From the NCBI GenBank assembly GCA_010356995.1, contig ML996703.1:682001-746000 (forward strand): a stretch of 64,000 nucleotides of DNA. Reading direction: 5' to 3'. This stretch comes from Trichodelitschia bisporula (lineage: Eukaryota). The notes under the pieces are model-generated. The model ran no database searches and had not been told where the DNA came from. It worked only from the letters and a program-made list of their open reading frames with translations. Position 1 is the first letter of the stretch. Each line of letters begins with the position of its first letter. The position numbers and the translations under genes are program-made. Positions 1 to 11,569 of the stretch are shown here, piece after piece.

Positions 1-959
1 TGGCGTACTGTATTAGCTGTCTAATGTGTAGATGTAGTCTCAAGGCGACTCTGCCCTCTTTATACGGATCTGCCGGTAGCTTGTTGTTGATCAGCTCTTA
101 CATCCGTACTTTATTGCCAACACCGCCAGCCCTCCGCTAAGCCACGATCGCTGCCATGTCTGCGTGTTCCTCCTTCTTCCAGTCCGCAGCCGGGCAAAGT
201 ATGTACGTAGTAGTTCTAGTGCGTATCCTAAAGCTACTGCACCACTAGTCTACACGGCTCCACCATCCCCCTCACGCGGGGGACATGAATGGATGGTGCA
301 CACAAGCCGCTTCATCGCTGTACGCAACGTAGACCAACGGTTCTGCGACGACAGTATGATTACAAGCAAGTGATAGAGAAAACGCGTAAACTCGGTCTGC
401 GGATACACTTTCAATGCATACATCCGTATGCCTAAAAAGGTTGTTAAACTGCTGTACCTTGTTGCGAGTTGATATCCTTTCCTGAATCCAAAAGCTACTG
501 CACATAGTAGTACTGCGCTACCCCCAAGGGCCATGCGCAAAAGTCATGGCCGCACCGTCAGAGGGTCTTTGCGGACAGGGTCGGCTACGAGATGTTCGGG
601 TGGCCGTTGCCTTCTGGCCCCCTCAATGCCAAGCACTCTCCGTCAGCCAACAGTCCCAGCGCCAGGCAACTCGTCCCCACATCTTCAACAAACCCCCCCC
701 CCAAAACTGTCAACCACGACCTGCCCGAACCAGCTCTGCCTGTCTCCAATCCCTTTCGTTCTCCATCGCCTTGCATACCGAGCGCACCGCATCTACTTCC
801 ACACTCCCACTATTCCTCTACCCCCAATCAAGGCGTTAGCTTGACCACCCCATCTCGGCCCTTCCGCGATATCAAACTTCAAAAGTAAAGCTCGTGGCTC
901 TGGAAGCTCAGGAAACTACTTGAGAACACAGCTCAGCTAGCTCATAGCTTCCAATTATC

Positions 960-3525
960 ATGTCGTCCCTGAATCTCTCAACCAACGGTCCGTCAATCAC
1001 GCGAAGCTACCAGTCGATCGTCAACTCGTCCTTGCCGTCTGGCCCTGCTGCCTCGTCCCCGACCTACGGCCAGTGGGCGATTTATACCGTCCAAGCTCCA
1101 TTGGCCAACGCTTTTCAGCATGACACTGGCAAAGAAAGCGTACTGAAGCTTCAGACGACTGGAGGTAGGTTGACCCCTGACGCCGTAGCAGAGACGTAGC
1201 TCACCGTTGCCTAGAGGGTGAGCTGGCAGACCTTATCGAGGAATTCTCCGACGGCCGGATACACTTTGCCTTCGTTAAGGTTAAGGACCCCAACACAACT
1301 CTGCCCAAGTCTGTGCTGGTGGGATGGGTATGACTCTGTCTGTCCGGACACTGGTAACCTGGCTAATGATTTCAAGTGTGGCGAAGGTGTTCCTGAACGG
1401 ACTAAGGGTTACTTCACGAGCCATCTCGCTGCCGTCTCCAAGGTCCTGCATGTAGGTGGTCTCAAGGTAGCTTGCTTTTCTGAGCTAATGTGCTGCCTTA
1501 CTAGGGCTACCACGTCCAGGTCACAGCCCGCTCGGATAGAGATTTGACGCCCGAGTCTATTATCCAAAAGGTTGCCGATGCGTCGGGCTCAAAATACTCT
1601 GGTGGAGGGAATATCTCGTCCGGAGGCCCCCCTCCGCCCGTGGCTTCTAAGCCAGCATTTACGCCTACGCGAGTTGGGGGCGGAACGTCGTCCTTCAAGC
1701 CCCTCGGGGGCCGCGCGCGGCCAGCCGATGTCCCCGAGAATGTGGATTCTGATGGCTGGGGAGCTGATGCTCCGCCTGTCACGAGGAGCCAGCTCGAAAA
1801 AGTCGCTTCTGCGTACAAGCCGACCAAGGTCAATATCCGCGAGCTGGAGTCCCAATCTCAAGAACCCTCGCGCTATACCCCGCCGGCACCCAGCAATGGA
1901 AAGCCCGACGTGGTTAGAGGCGCATATCAGCCCATTGGGAAGCCTGACATTGCCGAGATCCGTCGGCAGGCCAGGGAATCGGGCAGTGCGAAGGACGACC
2001 GTCCCCTTCCGGTCAAAGGGGCATATGAACCGACTGGTCCGGTTGACATGGCGGCGCTCCGGGCGCGCCCACAGAAACCTGACGACACCCCGACACCCCA
2101 GTCCGAAGCTGATGACCAGCCGCGGCCAAGCCTAGCTGAGCGTTCATCCGCCTTCCAGCAATCCGAACGTCTCACCTCTCTTCCTAAGCCAAAAATTACG
2201 AAGAGCTTCGGAGCGAGCTCGTTTACGGGCACCAAGGCACCCACCCCCGTTGGCTTCACCCCGAAAACGAACGCGACCGCCGCGCCGGTAGGCATCGCCA
2301 GTCGAACCTTCGCAGAGGAAGGCGGTAAGACCCCCGCTCAGATCTGGGCAGAGAAGAAGGGCCGTCAGAGCGGCGGTGGCGTCATCAGTCCCAATGTGAC
2401 AGGAGGCGCTCCCCTACCCATCCGCAGCCAACCCAGCGGGGACGGTGGCTGGAAGAGCGGCTACACCGGCAAATCTTGGGCTCCAGTGCACACCACGCAT
2501 ACTGGCAAATCTGCCTCGAGCAACGTGTCCGACACCGCGCGCTCGCCGCAACCCGAAGAGCCTCCTTCGCCCGCCGGCGGCGTCAGCCTCATGCGCGACC
2601 GCTTCGCCGCCGCCCCGCCGCCCATGGACCTCTCCAGCAAGCCGAGCGCGCGCGGCGTCGCTATGCCGAGTCTGCCGTCACGCCCCTCCGCCACTCACGA
2701 CGAGGACCTCCCGCCAATCCAGCCTGTTAGCATCCCGCGTCCGCCGCCTCAGCCTCGCACCCCCGAGGAAGAAGAGGAGGAGCACGATCTGCGCCCCTCG
2801 TCGCCCATCCGCGTCGCCATGCCCGTTGCACGCTCCAAGGCTGCCGAGGTCGAGGCACCCGACGAGCGCTTCGGCGCCCCGCCCCTGCCGGCCGACTCCC
2901 TTGCCCAAGCTGCTCGCGCCGCCCGCAGCGTGCCCGCTGAGCCGCAGGTTGAAGCGCACGATCCGGCACGCGCGGCGAGCGAGGCTGCCGCGGAGGCGAC
3001 GTTTGGCGCTGGAGCTGCCGCCGCGGGGGCGCACGCCGGTCAGGGCGGGAAGACGGCGATTGCGCAGTATGACTATGAGAAGGCGGAGGACAACGAGCTA
3101 GAGCTGCGGGATGGCGAGCGGGTTATCAATATCGATATGGTGGATGATGACTGGTGGATGGGACAAAACGAACGCGGGGAGACGGGGCTGTTTCCAAGCA
3201 ACTATGTTGAACTTATCGAGGAGGAGCCGGCGAAGGCGGCGCAAGCCCCGGCAGGACCGGCAGCTCAGGCGGCTCCTGCTGCGCCGCCGGCGCAGGCTAA
3301 GGGTCCCACTGCGACTGCGCAGTATGACTATGATGCGGCGGAGGAGAATGAGCTGAGTTTCCCGGATGGGGCGACGATTCTCAATGTGGTGAGTACAGTG
3401 CGCTGCTCGCGTCTGGGCGTCGGCTAATTGTGTTTCAGGAATTCCCTGATGATGACTGGTGGTTCGGCGAGTACAACGGCAAGACTGGGCTCTTCCCGGC
3501 GAACTACGTTGTGCTGGACAACTAA
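960..3525 (+). CDS. ABP1: Actin-binding protein Abp1 (ADF-H domain, Pro-rich linker, two SH3 domains); 5 exons
   Basis: Spliced ADF-H sequence (GELADLIEEFSDGRIHFAFVKV...VGW|CGEGVPERTKGYFTSHL). SH3 motifs AQYDYEKAEDNEL...DDDWWMG...GLFPSNYV and AQYDYDAAEENEL...DDDWWFG...GLFPANYV. First intron 1165-1214; TAA at 3523-3525. Confidence 0.95.
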
Positions 3526-3869
3526 ACGAGCAGCTTCATTAGGCAAACATGATGAGGTGGGGAGAGGGAAGGCAGTTTTCTAGTTGTACATCAGCGAATG
3601 TGGCTACAGCAGACTTGCGTGGATTGGATCTCTTATGGCTTGCGGTCATGCAGGCGGGTTAGAGGTTTGTGTGTGAACAAAAAATATTGTTCTGTCATTA
3701 AGCTATCGGATACTGTCATCACTAGGAAGCGCTGGGCCGGCTGGTGGCCACTGTGCTCCCTGTCAGTTCCGATTTACCAGTTATCAATATTTTCCTTCTA
3801 TCCGCACTGGACAGACTACTTCATGCCTGCAATAGCGACATCGACTACGGAATCCATCGGTCTGCCGGC

Positions 3870-4699
3870 CTACTGCTTGTCGTTCTGCGAGTAGATAAAG
3901 TTCGCGGCTACGCTCATCAGCTATGCGCTAGCCCCAAATCTCACAACTTACCAACTGGCACAAGCCCATTCTCCTCCGCCCACTGCCTCACTCCATGCCG
4001 CACCTTCCCTGTGCCCCAATTCTGCCTGCCCTCAGGCTTGGTCAACTCCCCATCCGTGGACCCGTTCGCTGCCTTCCATGCGAGAAACACGTAGCGGTGG
4101 GGGCCTGTCTTCTCCGGCGGCGACGGCGGCTGATATTCGATAATTTCCTCTAGGCCCTTCGCCGCGGTTTGTGTCAAGGCCTCAGTGGCTCCGCCTTCTA
4201 TCTTATTTGAGGAAGAGGAGTCAAGGGGTACACCCGTCGCGATCCAGTGACAGAACTCGCTCCATTTTGGGTCTTCGCGGGAGGGAGCGTCCGGGTCGGT
4301 TAAGGTGAGGATGTAGGTTGTATCTTTGGCGGTGGAGGAGGACGGAGCGTGGAGGGAGACGGTGGGCGCGGAGGAACATGTGTCTGGTGAGAGGGTATTT
4401 CCGAGGGATACGGATTTGTGGTGTGGCCAGGTTACGGAGAGGAGGAGGGAGGGAGTGAAGTCGTCGATTACTGGAGGGTTAGGGAGTGCAGTGGGTGTCG
4501 AGGCAGGGAGTGATACCATCGGAGATGATTCCGGCCCTTTTCAGCCTGGTGGGCGTTAGATGGTTTGAGGGCTAGGTGAGGGGACGTACTCTGTGCGCAC
4601 TGATTTTGCGTCGTTTGAGGAGGATTGGAGGATTTGCTGCAGGACGGAGGCGTGAGTGAGGGTGAAGAGGGTGAAGAGGAGAGCTATTACGAGAGACAT
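3870..4699 (-). CDS. Phosphatidylethanolamine-binding protein (PEBP/Tfs1-like carboxypeptidase Y inhibitor) with N-terminal hydrophobic signal; possible upstream in-frame start at 4813
   Basis: PEBP motifs LTDPDAPSR, EFCHW, YQPPSPP and GPHRYVFL. Three GT-AG introns; last exon ANFIYSQNDKQ*. Confidence 0.9.
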
Positions 4700-5450
4700 C
4701 TTGGGTGTGGTGTGGAGTGCGATACGATGCTGGAGTGGTCCTCCGTGAATGGTGGATGGCGAGGTTGCTGTTCGGATGGCGCGTAGGACTGGGAGAGGAC
4801 GCGGGAGGAGCATTGTTTTGAGGTAACTGGGGGGCAGTAGTCAATTGGGAGATACGCGGTACTGATCGCTGCTTTGGGCGGGGATTTTATCAGGGAGCAC
4901 GGAGCTGATCGGTGATCATCATGACGACGTCATTCCTTCCCTGCGGGTTGCACCCCGCATTTCTGGCAACGGGAGACACAAATGTGTTGCCATGCATTTA
5001 GAACAGCGAATCTGATTTAGAACTAGGCTTTACCTCAATTGGAACATGAAGAGTCTGCCGATAACATACCTATGAATGCTAGTTTGGTGATCCGAGGAGG
5101 GAGCAAGGCTGTGCACATGGTCTCTACAGCTAGGTCAGCGGCGCCGCTTATCATCAACGCCATAAACGATGTATCGGGCAGCGGCCCCCTTCAAAGAATT
5201 GAACGAACGATAGTAATACGACAGTTCGATATTCCCCATCAGGCCCTCATGCAGTGAACTGGACGTGCAATGAATATGGCACGTGATAGTCAGCCAGGCT
5301 TCCGAGGAACCTCGTTCCCCGCATAGGCCATCGGCGAATGAGATGATGGGAAACCATTAGCCGAATTAAGTGGCCTCTATCCTGCGTCTAGCCTGACCTC
5401 TCAGTTTACCAAACCACCGCCCACACTCCTTGACTGAGCAATCAACTAAC

Positions 5451-6044
5451 ATGGCCCACCTGGAAAAGAAGAACCGTAAACGCAGTGACTACAAGTACCA
5501 ACTGGAATATCGGACAAGATGGTGAGTGTCCACCATGAGGACGCGAGCCGAGGTCCTAAGTTAAGCGCAGGTCAGACAACGACATGTACCATCATATGAA
5601 CAATACCGTCTACGGCCAACTGTGAGAACTCCACCCATTTAATGCGAGGCCTGAGATTCTCATCATTCGATCCACGGCTCATTCCCGCCTGACAGATTTG
5701 ACGCCATCATTAACGACTACCTGATCAAGTATTGCGGCCGCCGGCCCGTGAACCCACAGACGCAAGAGAACGGCATCGTCGTTACTTCGTACTGCGACTT
5801 TTTCGGCAGTGTGAGCTATCCGGATGTAATTGACGCCTGCCTGCGCGTCAATAAGCTCGGCAAGACTAGCGTCACGTACGAGGTCGGCATCTTCCAGCAA
5901 GGCTTCGATGATGTGCGGGCTGTTGGTGGGTTCACGCATGTCTTTTGCGATCAAAAGACTGGCCGTCCGATGCCTCAAGGGATGAGCAAGGACATTAGGG
6001 AGGGGCTGGAGAAGCTTCTTGTGCCGAGTGCGGCAAAGCTCTGA
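5451..6044 (+). CDS. Hot-dog fold acyl-CoA thioesterase (4HBT/FcbC-like) ending in PTS1 AKL
   Basis: Spliced YRTRW|SDNDMYHHMNNTVY motif, plus LRVNKLGKTSVTYEVGIF and GGFTHVF. Two introns; C-terminus SAAKL*. Confidence 0.9.
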
Positions 6045-6830
6045 ATGAGGCCTTCTCGGATAGAGGGCAGAGGATGGAGTACTGCCATAGGAGATAGGGG
6101 CAGGATATGAGGCTTTTCTGAGTTATGCAGGCGAATTCGAAGTGTAGGAACTAGCGGTTGTTTGAGAACTTGTCAAATAGGATATCCTTAGGTGTCCTTT
6201 TCGGGGTTGTTGATGCGTTGGACGTACTGAAATGGCGGACGAACAAAAATGTCTGAATTTCCTAGGCCAAAAAGTGAGATACAGTTTGCATCGAGCAGCC
6301 TCCTTAGGTTATCGGAAGGACGCCGGTCGCCAGCCGCCGTTTGTTCAGACACCCCGTGAGGCGTTCAGGTACGGTACGCCAGGGTCCGGGATCGTGAGAT
6401 TCAGCCCTATCCGGACGGGGGGCAGGGGTTTGGGGCTGGGACTCCCGCGATGCCACGCTTGCACTTCTGCAACTTTTATCACCCACACTCCACCTATCTC
6501 CGACCTGATATTCGTCACCTTCCTCTACATCCGCATACCTGGTACGTATTTCTATATCTTCCTTTCAGCTCGTTGGTTCCCAGTTCAGCGGTCTGTTATC
6601 CTCGCCCTCTCAGCTTTGTTTGGGCTTGGCAAACGGTTTTCCCCAAGAGGCAGTACAAGCCCCTTTCTCATGTCAACGCGACTTTCAGAGGCGATATAAT
6701 CGCAGAGCTTTGCATCATCGCTAATGAAAGGACCACAGACCTTTGAATCGCGGGTGTTCGTGATTTTTCGTGCTCAGCTGTATTTTGACTTGTGTCCTTT
6801 CCAACAGGGCTCCGGCCCACATTGTACATC

Positions 6831-8074
6831 ATGGCGTCGGTTCTCGTGCCCGCCGGCATTACCGCTCTTATATTCGGCGGATGCTGCTCGAATGTAAGTA
6901 AAAAAATCTCGTACTACGGCGTTATACTAATGTCTAGTAGGTGTATGCGCTGGAAGCGATCCTAAAGTGAGGTTGTCATTCTCTTCCGCGGATTCCCACC
7001 TAACATTTGTAGGCATGAGCCGGATAGCGGTACGCCTGCGGTCTAACGAATGGAGACCTGCCATACTAATGCCTACGAGGCCTCCTAATTACGCTGATGC
7101 AGTTCATTCTCGTCACGCTCTCAGCATACCCGTCCCAGTCATCACCTAATGGTCCACTGTTTCTAAAGAAGACAAAAATTCCGCTACGGAAACTTGCCAT
7201 GAGCGCAACCATGTTTTTCTTGGTAAACATGCTCAACAACTGGGCCTTTGCCTTCAACATCTCGGTACCGGTGCACATCATTCTCCGCAGCTTCGGAAGC
7301 GTGACTACCATGGCCGCTGGTTGGCTTCGGGGAAAGCGTTACTCCTCGCTGCAAGTGCTTTCAGTAGTCGTCCTCACGTTGGGTGTAATCGTTTCAGCTT
7401 GGGCCGACGCTCTTTCCAAGGTCAGAACCGTTAGTCAAGCGTTGCGCCTCGCCTTTGCTAACGTGCCTTAGGGGAAGTCCCTGGACACCAGCTCCATCGA
7501 CATCACAGCAGCCTCCTTCGAATTGGGCCTCCTCATTCTGCTGGTCGCTCAGATTCTCTCTGCTTTCATGGGTATTTATGTACAGGACATGTACGCCGCA
7601 CATGGCAACCACTGGGACGAGAACCTCTTTTACTGCCACCTCTTCAGCCTGCCGCTGTTCATTCCGCTCCACGACACTTTGCGCAGTCAGTACACGCGTC
7701 TGGCCGCTTCGCCACCCCTTCTACTTCCGCAGCCAATGGCCGCCCTACTTCCAATCGGCATTCAAAAGCTCATTGCGATGATACCGCATTCCGTGTTCAA
7801 CCTTGCCGTCAACTCCCTTACGCAGCTTGCCTGTATCACTGGAGTTAACCTGTTGGGGGCCAAGAGCTCGGCTGTGACGGTTACGATTGCACTGAATGTG
7901 CGGAAGCTGGTAAGCTTCATGCTGAGCATCTGGCTGTTTGGTAATACGCTCAGCGATCTGATGGTTGTTGGCGCAGCCCTGGTGTTTGGGGCCGGGGCTT
8001 TGTACGGGTGGGAAACTACGGTGGGTATCAAGCGCAGGAAGACGAAGGAGGAGAAGGAGGAAAAGAGAAAGTAG
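6831..8074 (+). CDS. YEA4: UAA-family nucleotide-sugar transporter (UDP-GlcNAc transporter, Yea4/SLC35B4-like)
   Basis: IFGGCCSN|VYALE, NNWAFAFNISVPVHIILRSFG, WDENLFYCH and ALNVRKLVS motifs. Four introns; Lys-rich C-terminus. Confidence 0.9.
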
Positions 8075-8635
8075 GAGAAGACAAGGTGGGAGACTTGTGT
8101 TACTAGATGCGTCGTCGGAGGTGATATCTGCATTTTATAGGCGTTGGCAACGGTATTAGAGTATGGAGTCATACAACCGGCTTCCCTATACCCCTCCCTT
8201 GCAATAGACTAACCTATGCGCTTGATATTTCAGACGAAGTAAGTAGTATTGTGAGTTGTGATTGTCTTCGGTGTCGAGTTGAGGGCAGAGCCAGTGTAAC
8301 GTGATGTCGCGGCGGGGGTGGGGTGGGCTCCCGCCACAGGCCTGCGAGGAAAGGGGACCTGTGGCGGAGCTAGCCCACGGCCACTTGTCCATTCGCGCGC
8401 CCCTCGACGCCAAACCATCACTGTGTCCTTCAGGAGTGCAGCTCACACGCGTTGTCGACTTTTATTCTCCCCAACACCCTCTTCTTCTCCTGATACCTTT
8501 GTAATGCAAAGTTTGCTGTGAAGGGTATGTGATGTTTGGCCCGCTTTCCACTCGTCTCATCGCGCATATGTTGTTTCCAGGCTAACCCGCATCCATCGCA
8601 AGTTGTCCCAGCAATTTATAAATTCTGCCATCACC

Positions 8636-11060
8636 ATGTCCGAGCCTCAGACTTCGGTGAGGCAGCGCAAGTCGAAGAAGAAGGCCTCACCCGCTACCCT
8701 GTCGGTCAATGGCAGTACAGCGACGGACAGCGAGCATGAGGTAGTCAACAAAATCCACAGCGTGGTTCGGGCCGCCCCAAAGGCTGTCAAGAAGTCGGAG
8801 TGGGACTACAAGCTCACCTTGGTTGTCCTCACATTCCTCGCCTTTGTGACTCGGTTCTACGGTATCACGCACCCGAACCAAGTAGTCTTCGATGAAGTGC
8901 ACTTCGGAAAGGTTTGTGGAGCTGCTCTAGGCAAGGGACCATCAAGCTGACGCCCCGTAGTTCGCTTCGTATTACCTTCAGCGGACCTACTTCTTTGATG
9001 TCCATCCGCCATTCGGAAAGCTGCTGTTTGCCTTCGCTGGCTGGCTAGTGGGATATAAGGGTGAATTCCTGTTTGAGAACATTGGCGACTCCTACATCAC
9101 GAATAAGGTTCCTTATGTCGCGTATCGGGCCTTGCCGGCGACCTTTGGCGCTCTCTGCGTCCCCACGGTGTTCCTCATCATGTGGGAATCGGGTTACTCG
9201 CTCCCTGCCTGCGCCACCGCGGCCGGTCTCATGCTCTTCGACAATGCACACATCGGCCAGACGCGGTTGATCCTGCTGGACGCTACACTGGTGCTCTTCA
9301 TGGCATTGAGTGTTCTCTGCTACATCCGTTTCTACAAGCTCCGCCACGAACCTTTCGGTAGGAAATGGTGGAAGTGGCTGCTTCTGACGGGTGTCTGCCT
9401 GAGCTGCGTCATTTCCACTAAATACGTCGGTGTCTTCACATTCTTCTCGATCGGCGTTCCTGTGTGCTTTGATCTCTGGGATCTCCTTGACATCAACCGC
9501 CGCCAGGGTCGCCTGAGCCTTCCAGACTTTGGCAAGCACTTCGCGGCTCGCGCTACCGCACTCATTATTGTGCCTTTCCTTATCTACCTCTTCTGGTTCC
9601 AGGTCCACTTCACCATCTTGTCGAAGTCTGGCCCCGGTGATGATTTCATGACTCCGGAGTTTCAGGAGACTCTGAGCGACAACATCATGACCCTGCAGTC
9701 CGTCGGCATCGAGTATGGCGACGTGATCACGCTCAGGCATAAGGATACCAAGGTCTACCTCCACAGCCATCTGGACAAGTATCCGCTGCGCTATGATGAT
9801 GGCCGTATTTCCAGCCAGGGCCAGCAGGTCACCGGGTATCCTCACAATGACACCAATAACCACTGGCAGATCATGCCGAAACAGGCACTTCCTTCCGGCA
9901 CTGAGCACCCGGTGAAGAACGGCGACGTCATTCGGCTGCGGCATGTCGGGACCGACTCCTGGCTGTTGACGCATGATGTCGCCTCTCCTTACTTCCCCAC
10001 GAACCAGGAGTTCACGACTGTGCCTCAGGACGTCGCTGACGGTGAACGCTACGATGACACTCTGTTCGAACTCAAGATCGAGAACGGCAAGCCTGGACAG
10101 CAATTCAAGACCATGGCCTCCCACTTCAAGCTCGTACACTTTCCGACAAAGGTCGCCATGTGGACACACGCTTCGCCTCTCCCCGATTGGGCCTATAAGC
10201 AGGCCGAGATCAACGGCAACAAGAATGCCGCGCAGTCCAGCAACATATGGTATTCCGAAGAGATTGCGTCGCTGACACCGGATCATGAGCGGATGCAGAA
10301 GGAGCCGCGTCGCGTCAAGCATGTCCCGTTCCTCAAGAAGTACCTTGAGCTGCAGCGCGCTATGTTTTTCCACAACAACGCCCTGACCAGCAGCCATCCG
10401 TACGCCAGCTTCCCGGCCTCGTGGCCGTTCCTCCTCCGCGGCGTGAGCTTCTGGACCGACAACGACACCCGCCAGCAAATCTACTTCCTCGGCAACCCCA
10501 TCGGGTGGTGGCTCGCTAGCAGTTTGTTGGCTGTGTTCGCAGGTATTGTCGGGGCCGACCAGCTGGCCCTGAGGAGGGGCCTTGACGCTCTTGACAAGCG
10601 TAAGTTCCGTGTACAACCTATGATAAGTCGTCTAATAAACCGCTCAGGCTCCCGCTCCCGTCTGTATAACTCCACGGGCTTCTTCTTCCTCACCTGGGCA
10701 GCGCACTACATACCATTTTTCGTCATGGGCCGCCAACTCTTCCTACACCACTACCTGCCTGCGCACCTCGCGTCCACGCTCGTGACGGGCGCGCTGATCG
10801 AGTTCATCTTCTGCATCGAGCTGGATCCTGAAGACGACGTGGACGGCGCTAAGAAGGAAGCTGATGACCGCCGCCCTGTCCGTGAGCGCTTAGCTTCCCA
10901 GAGCATGATCGCTGCGTGGATTGCTACGCTCTTCATCTACGCTGCGCTCATCTGGTCCTTCTGGTACTTTGCTCCGCTGACATATGGCAAGCCTGGCTTG
11001 TCGGTCGAGCAGGTGGTGGCTCGCAAGTGGCTCAACTATGATTTGCATTTTGCTAAATAG
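8636..11060 (+). CDS. PMT4: Dolichyl-phosphate-mannose protein O-mannosyltransferase, PMT4 subfamily
   Basis: VVFDEVHFGK|FASYYLQRTYFFDVHPPFGK, MIR domains (LHSHLDKYPLRYDDGRISSQGQQVTGY) and RQLFLHHYLPAH. Introns ~8911-8960 and ~10600-10647, plus a 5'UTR intron ~8525-8602. Confidence 0.95.
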
Positions 11061-11569
11061 ATGATGGATAGCGTAGGTTCCGAAGGGGGATTTCGGTGGG
11101 GATGAGGACAGCTTAATGGTTTGCAGCTTCAATATCACTAGAGCTTCGGAGGTCCAGTTTGGAGATTACTTCTACTTGTGTTGACGGAGTCTGATGTGTG
11201 CTTCGGGGCAGGGTGGTCTAGGGTTCCTCAATGGGCTCTCTTGCTCGGTGTCAAAAAGCGGATATGCGCGGGTATTTGGTTGCTTGTATGATACAGGCGT
11301 GCGCGGCGAAAGGAATCATGGTCACTGTTCCCTAATGGTGGTTTGAGCATGTATCTCGAAGTGACTTTAACCGTCGGCTTTGGCCAGGCACCGAACATCG
11401 GGCACTTAAATTCAGTACGTCACTACTGTTATATCAACCAATGTCAGCATAAACACGAGTGCTCGCATTCAGAAACACCCTGGAGCTCTATATTGATACA
11501 GTCCGCGCTCGAACCCTGACATTGCTAGCCCATGCAATACGAACCAACGCCCACTACTGCCGCAACCCG

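Noticed and set aside
9045..10616. 523-aa antisense ORF over PMT4 (likewise antisense ORFs over RPL3, SDH1, RPT1 and RSA1)
   Set aside because: Shadow frames expected from C-ending codon bias in the sense genes; no recognisable domains.
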